In this document: in pieces, positions 40,309 through 55,714 of the stretch
Position numbering within the stretch: the stretch's first letter is position 1
Layout: every line of letters begins with the position of its first letter
From: an uncultured Verrucomicrobiae bacterium
Lineage (GTDB): Bacteria > Verrucomicrobiota > Verrucomicrobiia > Limisphaerales > Palsa-1400
Length of the DNA stretch: 64,000 bases
Reading direction: 5' to 3'
Assembly: GCA_963702845.1 (NCBI GenBank)
Contig: OY969763.1
Location: forward strand, 4,832,001 to 4,896,000
The notes under the pieces: model-generated
The model's input: only the letters and a program-made list of their open reading frames with translations
The model's database searches: none
What the model was told of the DNA's origin: nothing
Made by a program: the position numbers and the translations under genes

Positions 40309-41052
40309 TCACGGTCGAATCATCGGCAACTGCCACGATTTTTGCAATTGCAAGTATTCGGATTCGGGAAACTGAACCAGCAGCGGTTTCGCTTTCGGAT
40401 CGAGCCACTTCATCACGCGTTTCAAATCGCTCTCACCCATCGCGGTGCAGCCGGTCGTCCCGATGTGTGGGCCAGTCCAGATGTGCAGAAAAATGCACGA
40501 ACCATTGCCCGGTTTGCGCTCCGCGTTATGGTCAACAACCACGCCCCAGCGATACAGCACATCTTTACGATGCATTTGCTCGGAGCTGGTCCAGTCGCGT
40601 TTCGCCACCGTTGCACTGTCGAGAACCTGGTTGTAGCGGCTGGATTTTCCGTCGTCGACGCACTCGATCGCATCGGTGCATTGGACGTACGGCAGCTTAA
40701 CCCAGCGCGCCTGGTCCGACGGCGCGTAGCCGAAAGCAGTTGGCAAACCGAGAACACCAGCGGGACTGCGCCCATCGCCTTCATGCTTCACCGGAATTTC
40801 TCCTCGGATTGCGATCGGAAGTTTCAAGCCTTCGGCCAAACCGAGGCCGCTATGTCCCACCACGATGGCGACTGCTTTTCCGCTCTGCTTCCAAGTGCCG
40901 TTTTTCCTCAGTTCAAAACAACGCAGTTGCCCGTCCACATTCATCCAGCCTTTGGTGACGACAACCACCAATTGCTGGCACTCGCTGGAAACCGGCGACG
41001 ATTGCGCGAACGCACCAAACGAAGCTAGCAGGAAAATTACAATGAAGCGCAC
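40309..41052 (-). CDS. L,D-transpeptidase-family protein
   Basis: EGDGRSPAG and GSCIFLH.W......TTGC motifs. Confidence 0.8.
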   Translation of the reverse strand: MRFIVIFLLASFGAFAQSSPVSSECQQLVVVVTKGWMNVDGQLRCFELRKNGTWKQSGKAVAIVVGHSGLGLAEGLKLPIAIRGEIPVKHEGDGRSPAGVLGLPTAFGYAPSDQARWVKLPYVQCTDAIECVDDGKSSRYNQVLDSATVAKRDWTSSEQMHRKDVLYRWGVVVDHNAERKPGNGSCIFLHIWTGPHIGTTGCTAMGESDLKRVMKWLDPKAKPLLVQFPESEYLQLQKSWQLPMIRP

Positions 41053-41091
41053 GGGCCGATGTTATCCAAGCGTTGCCCGCGCGCAAATGGT

Positions 41092-41463
41092 TTAACGATC
41101 GTACTGTTTGAACATGGCCAGCTTCCCATCCGACCCGAACACCAATCGCAACCACCGGTTGTAAAAATCCGGCCCGGTCGGATAACCGTAACCGATTGCC
41201 GGCGCAACCCAGCCATGTTGCCAATATCCGCCGCTGTAACCATAGGTCGCGCAATCCAACGTGTAATGCGCCAGCGCCCATTCGGCAACAGCGCTGTTAT
41301 CATTGAGCTTCTGAAATTTGTCCGGCACACCCAATTCCTTTATCGCCTGGTCATAATTGTATTGGCCAATGCGCGTGTTCCAGTTGACTCGGTGCGGAGT
41401 CATGCAGCCATTGGTCAAAGTCATCAGCACCACCGCCGCGATCAAAGATAGAATCAAACGCAT
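41092..41463 (-). CDS. Small lipoprotein
   Basis: TNGC lipobox and ELG.P motif. Confidence 0.7.
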   Translation of the reverse strand: MRLILSLIAAVVLMTLTNGCMTPHRVNWNTRIGQYNYDQAIKELGVPDKFQKLNDNSAVAEWALAHYTLDCATYGYSGGYWQHGWVAPAIGYGYPTGPDFYNRWLRLVFGSDGKLAMFKQYDR

Positions 41464-41574
41464 AACATGCCTTTCTGCGGCAATCATGAACCCGCGGGCA
41501 ATTTCAGTTCAATCGTCGAGGCCCTTATTTTCCTTTGCTCTTCTCCCGATACTTGCGGTTAAATTGACCCTTAC

Positions 41575-44500
41575 ATGCGTCGTCAGTATCCATTTCATTT
41601 AATCGAACCCAAGTGGCAGGGCCTTTGGGATACGCAATCCACTTTCCGTGCCTGGAATCCTGGTGATGCAATCCCGAGCGATCATCCGTTCGCCAAACGG
41701 CATCAAGCCACCGCTGCGTTGCCGCCGAAGTATTACATTCTGGACATGTTCCCCTACCCGTCCGGCGCTGGCCTGCACGTCGGTCACCCGGAAGGTTATA
41801 CCGCCACGGATATTCTCGCCCGCTATCGCCGCTCCCTCGGCTACAACGTTCTTCATCCGATGGGCTGGGACGCCTTCGGCTTGCCAGCCGAACAATACGC
41901 CATTCGCACTGGCCAACATCCACGCAAAACGACCGAGCAAAACATCACCACCTTCAAGCGCCAGATTCAGTCGCTCGGTTTCAGCTACGATTGGTCGCGC
42001 GAACTCGACACCACCGATCCGAAATATTTCAAATGGACTCAGTGGATTTTTCTCAAGCTATACAACAGCTATTTCGACCCCGAGCTGAACAAAGCGATGC
42101 CGATCGCGCTTCTGGAAGATGCACTGAACGACGATCCAAAGCGCGGCAGCGAATGGAAAGACAACCCCTATTTGCTCGGCAACCATCAAGGTTTCAGCAG
42201 TCTCAAACCCGAGCATCGCGAAGTCGCGCGCCAGAATTTCATCAACAACGCCCGGCTCGCCTACGTCACGGAAGCGCCGGTTTGGTGGTGCGAGGAACTC
42301 GGCACCGTTCTGGCCAACGAAGAAGTCATCGACGGCAAAAGTGAAGTCGGCGGTTTCCCCGTTACGCGCAAACCAATGCGCCAATGGATGCTCCGCATCA
42401 CCGCCTACGCTGAGCGTTTGTTGCAAGGCCTCGAACAAATCGACTGGAGCGATTCGTTAAAAGAAATGCAGCGCAACTGGATTGGCCGCAGCGAAGGGGC
42501 TGAAGTCGAGTTCCGCATCAAAGGATCAGATAAAACGATTAAAGTTTTTACGACGCGTCCCGACACATTGTTTGGTGCAACATTCATGGTTCTTGCCCCA
42601 GAGAACCATCAGATCGACGACCTAATTCCACCGGTATATCCACCGGATACTCGTCCCGAGTGGAGGTATGTTTACAAGGCAGAAAGCGTTCCCCCTGCGC
42701 TCGACATTCAAGAGTACAGGGACTTCGTCGCATCGTTAAGCGATCGCGACCGTATGGAGTCGAAAGACAAACGGGGAGCATTTAGCGGGGTATTTGCGAT
42801 AAATCCGGTCAACGGAAAAGACATCCCTATATTCTTTTCTGAATACGTCCTAATAAGTTACGGGACCGGAGCAATCATGGCTGTCCCAGCGCACGATGAG
42901 CGCGATTTCGAATTTGCTCGGAAGCTAAAGGTGCCGATTACAGCCGTCGTTGAACCGAGTGCCGAGTGGGTAATGAGGCACGGCACCAGCGTTAATCTGA
43001 CCGAAGATTTAGCCAATCTGTTGCAGAACCAACGGGATGCGTTCGCGGCAGGTAATATCGGTGGCGGAATGGCGATTGCCAAAATGATTGAAAATGGGTT
43101 CTGGACCTCGGACGAAACTGCGAAAGCGTTAAAATCGATATATTCGGAACACGCCGAACTGTTCGATAGTGCGTTTTGTTCAGAGGGATATTCAATCAAC
43201 TCCGCAAATGCGGACATAAATCTGAATGGCCTTCCCACCCCCGAGGCCAAAAAGAAAATCACCGCCTGGCTCGAAGAAAAAGGCCTCGGTCGCAAAACGA
43301 TCAATTACAAACTCCGCGACTGGCTCTTCAGCCGCCAACGTTATTGGGGCGAACCCTTCCCGATCATTTGGAAAAAAGACGCGCGAGGCCAGCTTTACCA
43401 TGAAGCCTTGCCCGAATCCGCATTGCCGCTCATGCCGCCGGACCTGACCGATTTCAAACCGACCTCCACGGGCGAACCGCCCCTCGCACGCGCCAAAGAT
43501 TGGGTCAACCTCCCCGACGGTTCGCAACGCGAAACCAACACCATGCCCCAATGGGCCGGCAGCTGCTGGTATTACCTGCGTTTCTTGAATGCCCGCAATG
43601 ACATCAAGTTCTGCGCACCGTCACCCGAGCATTACTGGATGGGCACCGATGTAAAACAAAACGTCGGCACTACACCCGGCGTCGACCTCTACGTCGGCGG
43701 TGTCGAACACGCTGTCTTGCACCTGCTCTACTCCCGTTTCTGGCACTCGGTCCTTTACGATCTTAACTACGTCTCCACGCCCGAGCCCTTTTTCAAACTA
43801 GTCAACCAAGGACTAATTTTGGGAGAGCTGGAGTATACAGTTTTTGAAGAAGAACTCCCTGACGGCAGTCGAAAGATGGTCTCTGCCGACGAACTTATGA
43901 TTGCAGCAAGCGCCGGGACAGTAGTCGCACGTAGAAAGGGTGTAAAACCGGACTCGACGGGAATAGGGGCCGGAGTCCTAATCGGCAAGAAGGTGCCTGA
44001 ATCGGAGGTTGTAGCCAAAGGTGACCACTTCGTTCTAAAAGCCTCTCCTCAAATTGTTGTCGATGCCCGGAGTTTTAAAATGTCCAAGTCCCGAGGCAAC
44101 GTGGTCAACCCCGACGACATCCTGAAAGAATACGGCGCCGACGCCTTCCGTCTTTACGAAATGTTCATGGGCCCGCTCGAAATGGTGAAACCGTGGAACA
44201 CCAAAGGCGTCGAAGGCGTCTACCGTTTCCTCGGTCGCGTCTGGCGATTGTTCATCGATGAAAAAAGCGAAACCGAATTCGAACAAGCCGAAACCACTCG
44301 CCCGAACGACGCAGCGTTGATGAGCACACTGCAAATCAGCGGCGCAATTCAAAACGTCGAACCCACGCCCGAGCAGCTTAAAACGCTCCACGCCTGCATC
44401 AAAAAAGTGACCGAAGATTTGGACGGCTTCCGTTTCAACACCGCCATCTCCGCGCTCATGATTTTCGTGAACGAGGCCATCACCTGGCAAATCCGCCCTC

Positions 44501-44835
44501 GTTCAATCATGCAGGAATTCCTGTTGTTATTGAGTCCGTTCTCTCCGCACATCGCTGAAGAGCTTCATTCAAAACTGACCGGCGAACCCGGCTCGATTTC
44601 CTACAAACCCTGGCCAAAGTTCAATCCCGAGTTGCTCGTCGAATCGACCTTGGAAATCCCAGTCCAAATCAACGGCAAACTCCGCGACCGCATCGTCGTC
44701 GCAGCTGACGCCACTCAACAACAGATCGAGACCGCCGCGCTTGCCGCCGAAAAAGTGAAACCACTGCTCGAAGGTAAATCGGTCAAAAAGATCATCATCG
44801 TTCCAAAGAAACTGGTGAACATAGTGGCCGCGTAA
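41575..44835 (+). CDS. leuS: Leucyl-tRNA synthetase
   Basis: [34 protein letters not shown] and KMSKS motifs. Confidence 0.97.
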   Translation: MRRQYPFHLIEPKWQGLWDTQSTFRAWNPGDAIPSDHPFAKRHQATAALPPKYYILDMFPYPSGAGLHVGHPEGYTATDILARYRRSLGYNVLHPMGWDAFGLPAEQYAIRTGQHPRKTTEQNITTFKRQIQSLGFSYDWSRELDTTDPKYFKWTQWIFLKLYNSYFDPELNKAMPIALLEDALNDDPKRGSEWKDNPYLLGNHQGFSSLKPEHREVARQNFINNARLAYVTEAPVWWCEELGTVLANEEVIDGKSEVGGFPVTRKPMRQWMLRITAYAERLLQGLEQIDWSDSLKEMQRNWIGRSEGAEVEFRIKGSDKTIKVFTTRPDTLFGATFMVLAPENHQIDDLIPPVYPPDTRPEWRYVYKAESVPPALDIQEYRDFVASLSDRDRMESKDKRGAFSGVFAINPVNGKDIPIFFSEYVLISYGTGAIMAVPAHDERDFEFARKLKVPITAVVEPSAEWVMRHGTSVNLTEDLANLLQNQRDAFAAGNIGGGMAIAKMIENGFWTSDETAKALKSIYSEHAELFDSAFCSEGYSINSANADINLNGLPTPEAKKKITAWLEEKGLGRKTINYKLRDWLFSRQRYWGEPFPIIWKKDARGQLYHEALPESALPLMPPDLTDFKPTSTGEPPLARAKDWVNLPDGSQRETNTMPQWAGSCWYYLRFLNARNDIKFCAPSPEHYWMGTDVKQNVGTTPGVDLYVGGVEHAVLHLLYSRFWHSVLYDLNYVSTPEPFFKLVNQGLILGELEYTVFEEELPDGSRKMVSADELMIAASAGTVVARRKGVKPDSTGIGAGVLIGKKVPESEVVAKGDHFVLKASPQIVVDARSFKMSKSRGNVVNPDDILKEYGADAFRLYEMFMGPLEMVKPWNTKGVEGVYRFLGRVWRLFIDEKSETEFEQAETTRPNDAALMSTLQISGAIQNVEPTPEQLKTLHACIKKVTEDLDGFRFNTAISALMIFVNEAITWQIRPRSIMQEFLLLLSPFSPHIAEELHSKLTGEPGSISYKPWPKFNPELLVESTLEIPVQINGKLRDRIVVAADATQQQIETAALAAEKVKPLLEGKSVKKIIIVPKKLVNIVAA

Positions 44836-44876
44836 TGTATTCCGAATTGCGGACGTCCACGTCCACACTCCAGGAC

Positions 44877-47800
44877 CTACCAACCTTCAATGATGCGATA
44901 AAACCGCGCCGACGCATTCGTCGCGTCGCTATCGTTTAATTGCAACATGCCATTGCTGATGGACAGCGGCGCAAGCACCGGCCACCAGTCCACAAGATTC
45001 GAACTGTATTGCGCCTGGAACCCAGAAATATCCATGCCGCCGGAGAGCGCCGATCGATCAGCGTCTTGTGAAGTGATGGTGAACGTGCCGTCCGGTTGCA
45101 AGAGTGGCAGACCAATAGTTTGTGGTATGTGCACAGTCAGCACCGCGTTACTGCTGCGCATGCTACCGACGGAATTCGTCACGATCAGGAAATAAGTGCC
45201 CGACGAAGAACGGTAACTCGGATTAATTGTCAGCACCGGCGAAGTTGAAATGGCGGTGCCGCCAAACGTATTAAACCATCGATAAGTCAATGGCGCCGTC
45301 CCATACACACCCGCGCTGAACAAAACAGCCGGCCCACCCAACACCGTTTGGCTAAGTGGCTGGCTCGTGATGGTCGGCGCGATCGACGTGAACGTCAGTT
45401 GATCAACAAACCCGGCGTCCATCCCCGCCGTTCCTGCAGCATCCTTGGAATAAGTCCAAATAAGCATCTGCGGACCGGCCGGAACAGTGAACGTGACCAA
45501 CTGCCAATCCACTTCGCCAGAAATAGCCGCTTGCGGCACGCCACCGATCGACAACGTGAGAAAATCGTGGTTCGTTTCCGACGAAACCTTCCACCAAAAG
45601 CTGACATTGATCGGCCCGTTTGTGACCAGCATTCGCATCGATGACGCGGTGCTGCTGGCAATTTGTGCACTGCGCGCCGCGTGTTTGCCGTCGTGACTGA
45701 CTCCGGTTTGCCCGTACCATTGCGGGCTGCTCCGTGAGCTGACGACTAGCACGGGAGTGTCCAATGCCGTGGACAAAAACACAGGCGGGAAAGGTCGCGG
45801 CGAAAGCAAGGTTACAAAATGAGTAGCCCCACCGTCGGCAGCAATGACACCACCCAAACCTGGCGGCGGATTTGTTGCCGCTGCGCTGCCTGCCCAAGTC
45901 ACTACTGTTCCGTCCGACCTCACCGCCATTTTACTCCCATTATCCGTCGCTGCGACTTCGATGATGTTGGTCAGGCTATTCGTCGGTGGTGACAATCCCC
46001 AATCCACGATCGTGCTGTCACGCCGCAAGAACACGCCTGCGTACATCCCCGCAGCTGCCGCCAAAACATTTGTTACAGCAGGAGGGGCAGTGACGCCTTG
46101 ATACGTTATAACCGTCCCATCCGCGCGCAGTGCAATAAACCCGTTAGAATCATCTGCGAGCACAACGGTGTTCGAAAATCCCGCAGGCAATGAAACGAAG
46201 CCGCTAAAGCCAACACGCGTGAGAGTGCCGTTCGTACGGAGGAACGTCGCGCCCGAATTATCCGCTTCAATTGCCACGACATTGGACAAACTTGCCACTG
46301 CGTTTGAAAACAGTGCGCTGCTTGGCCCCCAGGGGGCGACCGTTCCATCGCTTCTTAATGCTAGCCGAGAACCTTGATACCCATCAGCAATTTCGACCAC
46401 ATTTGATAACCCTGCCGGAACATTCGTTCCGGTGTTGCCAAATAGAGCAACCGTCCCGTCATCTTTGAGTACCACGTTTTCATAATTGTTTGCAGCCAGC
46501 GCAACCGCATTCGTGAGCGAAGCCGGCACGTTTGTCTGTCCAAGACTGTTGTCGCCCCACGCGACGACCTGGCGCACCGTCAAAATGACATTGGTTGTTG
46601 CCACGAAGCCAAACGCGTTGCTCGCAACTAGACTATAAGTGCCCGCGTCCGAAACACGAACCGGATCGAGCACAAAATCCTCATTCGTCGCACCGGGCAA
46701 GTTCTGCCAGCCAACCGGGAGCGCTGGTGGATTCGTGGCAATCCGCCATTGCAATTGCATTGGGCCGGAACCACTGACCGGCACGCTCCAGGCCAAACGT
46801 GTTCCCACGTAGACCGTACGACTCCCGGGTTGAATTGAAAGAAATGGAGCACTATTCATTACGTTCAGGGGTAAAGGCACAGTGTTGGCTGCACCGATGG
46901 AATTCGTAACCACCAGTTGGTATGTTCCTGCATTCCCCATCTGCACATTTTTCACCGTCAACGCGGAATTCGTTGCGCCATCGATATTCGTCCCATTGAA
47001 CGTCCATTGATAAACCAATGGCGCGTTCCCGACCACTTGAGCATTGAATTTAAAATCCCGCCCGGTAAACGCAGTGCCACCGACCGGCGATTGCACGACC
47101 ACCGGCCGGCCATCACTAACCAGCGCCAAACTATGATAAGCGCCACCGGCAACAGCCACCACATTGCTCAAGCCGCTCGGCGCGTTCGTTTCTCCATAAA
47201 AATTGTCGCCCCACGAAATCACTGTGCCGTTCGTCAAAACCGCAAGACTGTGCCCCTGGCCTTGTGGGTATCCTCCCGCCGCGATCGCAACTACCCGTGG
47301 CGCTGACGCGTTGGTAAGAAGTGGAGGAATGTTCAATGCCTCGTCTTTTGTTCCCCATCCCACAATTCGTCCGTCCGATTTCAAAGCCAGGCACTGCCCA
47401 TAACCCGTCGCGATTGCCACAACGTTGCTCAACCCAGGTACAGGATTCGTAATCGCTGTCGTGCCACTCGTGGTAAGCGACGCACCCCATTCGAGCACCG
47501 TCCCATCAGAACGAAGCGCCAGGTATTGATTGTTTGCGGCCGCTGCAATGGCTGTGATTTTCGTCAGCCCAGTTGGCGTATTACCAACTGGCATCGCCGC
47601 AACGGTCCCATCAGAACGCAGAAAGAGCGATGAATTCCAGCCATCCGCGATAGCAACAATGTTGGTAAGCCCAGAAGACACGCCTCCTCCTCCCCACCCA
47701 ACAACCGTCCCATCAGCCAGCAAAGCGTGACCCGCGTCGTTAGGCCCCGCAGAAACCGCCACCGCATTACTTTGCGGGAACAAGCTGAAATTCATCCCCC

Positions 47801-50800
47801 ACGCAGTGAGCGAACCATCAGACCGGACACTGACACTGTAGTTTGCAGCACCTGCTATCCCAACCACGTTGCTCAATCCAGCCGGCGGCAAACATTGATT
47901 TGCATTATTGCGGCCCCAACACGCCACCGGCCCAACCGTCAACATGGCGTTCGAGCTCACTGTGACTCCAGCCACGTTGCTCGCCACCAAATTGTAAGTA
48001 CCCTAAATCCGCCGATGAGACGTTTGAAATCGTGTATGCGGTGCTCGTCGCCCCTGAAATGTTCGTCCCATTCAATTGCCACTGCAACGTAATCGGCACC
48101 GGACCTGTCGCATTAGCCGAGAATGTCGTCGGCAACCCAAGCGGGAGCGATCGTCCAATCGGCTGCGGCGTAATCGTTGGCGGTGCAAGCACCGTCAACA
48201 CAGCACTGCTGCTTGTGACAGATCCACCGCCATTGCCAGCCACCAAAACATAAGTTCCGCCATCGGTAACCTGCACGTTCGAGATGCTCAAGCTGCCCGT
48301 CGTCGGACCGGCAATGCGCGTGCTGTCGGACAGCACCGCTCCATTGAAAAGCCAGGTATAAATCAATGGCTGCGTGCCATCGACGCCGGCGCTGAAATTT
48401 GCAGTAGTCCCGACAATGTTTGTTCGACTAGTCGGCTGCTGCGAAATCGTTGGCGCCACCCCCACAAACACGTTCACCACCGAACTCGTAGCGACATTCA
48501 CACTGTTCAAAGCAACTACGTAGTAACTTCCGCTGTCGTTTGTTTGCCCAGGCGCGATGGTCAGATTTGGCGACGCCGCCCCGGCAATCCGCCCATCGTC
48601 AGCCAGCGCCGTGTTATTTACGTACCACTGATAGCCAATCGGAATCGAACCCACAGCCTTCACCGACATCGTCACGTTGGAACCCGGCGGCACAGTTTGG
48701 CCAATCGGCAGCAACGTAAACGTCGGCGGCAGCGATTGCACCGACAGTTGCGCGATAGCACTCGCGACCGTGTTCGAAGTTGTCGAAGTAAGCAGTTGAT
48801 AACTGCCGATGTCGTTTGTCTGCGCGCTCGAGATACTAAGCGAATATGTCGTCGATCCGGAGACGCGCCCGTTGTCAGTTAATGGCGCGCCATTGAAAAG
48901 CCATTGATAACTGATCGGCAACGGCGAACCAATGGCACCACCAACAAACCTCGCGTTGAAACCAGACACAACCGAGGCGTTCGTCGGTTGCAAAACAAAC
49001 ATCGGCGCAGTCGTTGCTTCCGTAATCTGCATCCCCGAAATCACCGCTTCGAGGCAAACCGAGTCCAGATACGTAATCACCACGCGCACGGATGATGTCG
49101 CATTCGTCAGCGCCACACCACGGAACGCCGCGTAGTGAACGCCTTGCAGCCAGTTCGTCGAACTATCGCCGCTCCCCCAAACTTGTTGTTGCCCCTGACT
49201 GACGCCGTTCACAAACAACTGGTAATTGTAATCACCGCAGCCCGCGTAATAATAAAAGTCAAACACACCGGGCGGGAGGTTGGTCGTGTCCACCGTCAGA
49301 TTTCCAGGCAAGTTGTATTGATACAAATAATCGTGATACATCGCGTCAGGATTACCGTTCACCGGCGCAACAGGTCCCGCTCCATAAACGTTCACCGTCA
49401 CCGCCGAAGGCGTGCCATCCGCCAACAGCAGGTTCGTCCTGCCCGTGATATTCGTGCCGTAAGAATTCCATAAGTCCGACGCAGTTTGGCCGATGGCCGC
49501 AGGCCCCGTCTTCAGCGAGCTCGGCCCTGTCCCGAAATCCACATTAATCAAAACATCCGGCGCAGTAACTGCAAGTGTAGCAAAATCACTCGTCACCGTT
49601 CCGTAACTATTGCTCGTCACAACCCAATAACTTCCCGCATCGCCGCGCAATGCAGATGCAATCGTCAAAACATTGCTGTCCACTCCAAATGCGCGGTTGT
49701 TCGCTAGTGGCGCGCCATTGAAATACCACTGGTAAACAAACGGCGGCGTGCCGGCCGCATTCACCGAAAACGTCGCCCAACTGCCGACAACATTCGTGCC
49801 CGATACCGGCTGCTGCGTCAGAGAGACCGGCGTCAGCACCGTCAGAGAAACATTCGCACTGATCGCCGCACCAAACTGATTCGTCACAGTCACCGAATAG
49901 GAGCCTTGGTCACCGAGCTGTGCCGAAGCAATCGCGAAAGTGGAATCAGTCGCACCGGAAATGTTAATCCCGTTCAATTGCCATTGATAACCCAGCGTCG
50001 CCGCGCCCGTCGCACCAACACTAAACGACGCCGGAGATCCCGAATGCACAACAAGGTTCGTCGGCTGATTCGTAATCACCGGCGCAGGTAAAGCGAAACT
50101 CTGCTCCGCCGCAAACGTCGAACCAACAAACGAATTATCAATCGCCTGCAGGCTCCAGAAATAACTGCCGCCCGCCAGATTCGTTATGAGCAAACTCGTG
50201 CGATAACCGGCGTTACCAATCTTCGGCACGCGCCTGAAGCCGGTGTTTAAATCAGCGAGTGGCGAAAGAATGTTAACCCCATTTGCATTCGTGCCGATCC
50301 GCACATTGTAGGTCAAGCCGCCTGCTTGTTCCGCATCACTCGAGCCCGTCCACGTCAGCAACGCGGAATTATATCCGAGCGTCACACTCAAACCACCCGG
50401 CGTTGTCGGCGGCGTGTCCGGCATCGCGCCGTTATTGTGATAAAGCTTGATCGTCGGAATATCTCCAGCCGTTTCGCCGATCGTAACGAGATCAAGCGCG
50501 CCGTCGTTATCGTAATCACCCCACGCCGCATAACCATTGACCATTCCGGGAATCGCAAATTGCGCTCCGGCAAAAGTCATGTTGCCGAAACCACGACATA
50601 TTTGTGAAACGCGATTGAAAGTCGGATCGTAACCAGCAAGAAACAGATCGGTCCTGCCGTCATTATCGAAATCGCCCGCCGCGGCAGCAGCGTTACGTTG
50701 CAGCCCGGGCAAAGACGAACCCACGTTGGTCAGCACTCCCGCGTCGTTGCGATAAATCGACGAGTAAGCACTGCCATTCGCCGTGCCAGTAAGCACTAAA

Positions 50801-52137
50801 TCCGGCGTGCCATCGTTGTTGAAATCCGCCCAGGCGACACCACCGGCAGAAAATCCCGTTATCGAATTTCCGCTATTCGTAAAAACACCGCTGCCCTGGT
50901 TCCGGTACAACTTCGACCCAAACGAATCCGCGGGCGCCTCCCCCGCGACAAACACATCCAGCGCACCATCGCCGTCATAGTCCACCCACGCCGCCATATT
51001 ATTGCCGGCCCCCAGCATGGACGTGGAGTGAAACGTAAAAGTCCCATCGCCATTGTTGTGGTAAATGGAATTAAAGCTCGCTTCCGTGATCATCAAGTCA
51101 GGTTTGCCATCGTTGTCGTAATCTCCCCAACGAACGCAGCCGGCATTGAAAGCGCCGATATTCGTGACTTGCGTAAAATGTCCGTTCCCGTCATTGCGAT
51201 AAACAAACGTCACCGCGAACGAAGAAGTCCCTCCGTTCAACGCCAGATCCGGCAAACCGTCATTGTTGAAATCCGCCCAATCCGCCGACGAGGACATCAG
51301 ATTCGCGAAGGGCGTCGCCACTTCCGTAAACGTGCTGTCGCCATTGTTGTGATAAAGCCACGTGTGCGGCGAAAAATTCGTATCCATTCCGCTCACGAAC
51401 AAATCCAGTCGCCCGTCGTTGTCGTAATCCACCCAATTCACCGTCCCACGACTCACCCCCGCCAAAATTGTCGCAACTTCCGAAAAATTCGTCACCGTCA
51501 ACAAAAACGAAGTGCTCGTGCCAAGCCCAGTCGGCAAATTCGTCACGCCCACCGTCATAGTCGTCGTGCCCACCAAAGCCCCTGTCGGCATCAGCGTCAT
51601 CGACCAATTGCTTCCCGACCCGCTCAACACGATGCTTGCAGGCTGAATCAAATTCGTATCCGACGACCTCACCGTAATAAACGACGACGGCGCGTTCCCA
51701 ATCGTGAATGGAATTGGACGCGTCATTGTATTTGGGAACGTCCGCTGATTCGGTATCGCCGAAATTGTTGGCGGCGCAAGCACGGTCAAAGTCGCCACTG
51801 AACTAGTCACCGCCCCATGCCGATTCGTCACAACTACCCTGTAAGACCCAATATCTCCGGCCAAAACCGTTACAATTGTCAGCGCCGAATTCGTCGCCCC
51901 AACAACACGACCACCGTCCGATAAATTCGCGCCGTTCTTCGACCATTGATAAGTCAATGGCGTCTGCCCGCTCGCCACCACTGAAAACACCGCGTTGCTT
52001 CCAGCGATTACAGTCTGGCTGCTCGGCTCGGTCGTGATCGCAGGTCCGGCCTGCGCATACAGCCGTTCAGGTGCAAAAAGTCCCAGCGCGCCCGCAACAG
52101 CGCAAATCCAACAAGCAATAGATGAAGCAGTTTTCAT
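44877..52137 (-). CDS. Giant secreted protein with Ig, FG-GAP/VCBS and RCC1-like repeats (~2,400 aa; one extra base near 48000)
   Basis: Signal peptide at 52137, Ig repeats (YQW..NG, D.G.Y), DYDNDG repeats, RCC1-like WG.N repeats. Removing one base restores DLGTYNLVASN. Confidence 0.85.
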
Positions 52138-52464
52138 ATGTAAATCCAGCCAACTCCCGAGAGCTCCGTGATCGGTGAGAAACGATGCATGTTTTATCAT
52201 CGTCGGCAGAATCTGCCAAGCGTCCATTTGACAGCACACTCACTGAAAACCGATTAGTGGAGAAAACTATGTAGGAGACGAGGTGACGAGTCTCTAACCA
52301 GTCCTCTCGGGGCCTGAATTTCGCCGACTCACCGCAGCCCCGACACTCCCCACCGAGTGGTGTGATTAAATCGGTGGTCGAGTTTATTAGATTTCTCCTC
52401 CTCATGCGAGGCCGACGATCGGCTAGTTGACTCGCGAATCCGTCGGTTTGCGTTATTTTGATAC

Positions 52465-53079
52465 ATGCGACGGATTGGCCACTCTTTGGTTCTCCTACTG
52501 CCCGTTCTGCTTTCCTCCTTCGGCTGCGCCTCCTTCCGCAATAACCCCGAGAGCCAAAACCAGCCCACCGCCGTCACAAACGCCATCCCCGCACAAGGCG
52601 TCCTCCAAAACGGCTACGCGTTACTATTCGACCTGCTCGGCGACGAAAAAAATGTTTCCTTACTGCACTTCATCAAATCCGAACAACCAGAGCTAAAAAC
52701 ATTGATGGCCGACATCTCGCGCGTCAGTGGCGAAGCCTATCAGCGCCTCGAAGACTTCGGCAAAGCCGATCCGAAATTGAATCTGAAAAACGAAGGCCTG
52801 CCCTTGGCCGAACTCGCCGCGCGCAAATCCATCAGCACGATGAAAACGCGCCTTCTCCTGCACAGCAAAGGCACCGAATTCGAACTACAACTTCTGCTCA
52901 GCCAGAGCGAAGCCTTGGTCTACGGCGCCAACCTCGCGCAGGTCACCGCCGCCAGCGAAACCGATTCCCAACGCGCCACTTACCTGCGCGAAACCGCCGA
53001 CCGCCTCCTGCAGTTAGACAATCGAGTCCTCCAAATGTTATTAAACCGCTACGAAAACCCCCGCGTCGGCGTAAAATAA
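52465..53079 (+). CDS. Helical lipoprotein, hypothetical
   Basis: SFGC lipobox. Confidence 0.7.
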   Translation: MRRIGHSLVLLLPVLLSSFGCASFRNNPESQNQPTAVTNAIPAQGVLQNGYALLFDLLGDEKNVSLLHFIKSEQPELKTLMADISRVSGEAYQRLEDFGKADPKLNLKNEGLPLAELAARKSISTMKTRLLLHSKGTEFELQLLLSQSEALVYGANLAQVTAASETDSQRATYLRETADRLLQLDNRVLQMLLNRYENPRVGVK

Positions 53080-53260
53080 CGACTGTCACGCACCCCAGGG
53101 AGAACGCATCAAACAGAGCCGCGCGCGTGAGCAAGCGGTTACCACCCCGACTTTCCAAAACACATCAACCGCTTTGAATCGCGTAGCGATTCCTGAAGGT
53201 AGCCGTGGGATTTATCCCACGAAAAAGTTCCAAAAAGACAGTACAGGAGTTTTTCTCCAC

Positions 53261-53397
53261 TGTGCCAAAGCATGCGCCACGCGTGGCACACTTGCGCCAT
53301 ATTGACGCATATAACTGTGCCGAGCACGCTCCTTTATCGGCGCAACTCATTGCAAATCAACGCCAAATATTTCTACCACCTCCGGCACACCCACTGC
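53261..53397 (+). promoter_or_regulatory. Sigma54-type promoter with upstream palindromes
   Basis: GG(53384-85)-N10-GC(53396-97) in CGGCACACCCACTGC; palindromes at 53273-53290 and 53293-53309. Confidence 0.65.
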
Positions 53398-53435
53398 TCA
53401 TAAACACCTAATATTTTACAGAGGCAAACGATTTT

Positions 53436-55376
<1,941 letters not shown>

Positions 55377-55502
55377 CGGACTTCATTGGAGTTCACGGAG
55401 CAATTCGTGAACTCCGAATTTCGTACGAACGCAAACGCATGAACATTGTCAGAACATTCGCGATTAAGAGGTGCATAGAAGTGGGTGCCGCTATCTGCGG
55501 CA

Positions 55503-55548
55503 TATCACCTTCTATCACCTTCTATCGGCTTCTATCGCCTTCTAACAC
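55503..55548 (+). repeat. 10-bp tandem repeat
   Basis: TATCACCTTC-like unit, ~4.5 copies. Confidence 0.7.
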
Positions 55549-55714
55549 TAAAAAAAGGATTCTTTTTTTGTCGTTAGCGAGTGCGCCTGGGCAGAGGACG
55601 ACGGACTACTGACAATTTAAAATTTTCCCGCGGCGAGTGCTTCGGGATTTGATTACGAAACTAACAACTGCCCCGACGTTTCGGGGCTAATAAACGAAAA
55701 GAGAAAGAAAAACT

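Noticed and set aside
55570..55590. CIRCE element before groES
   Set aside because: TTAGCGAGTGC does not fit TTAGCACTC-N9-GAGTGCTAA.
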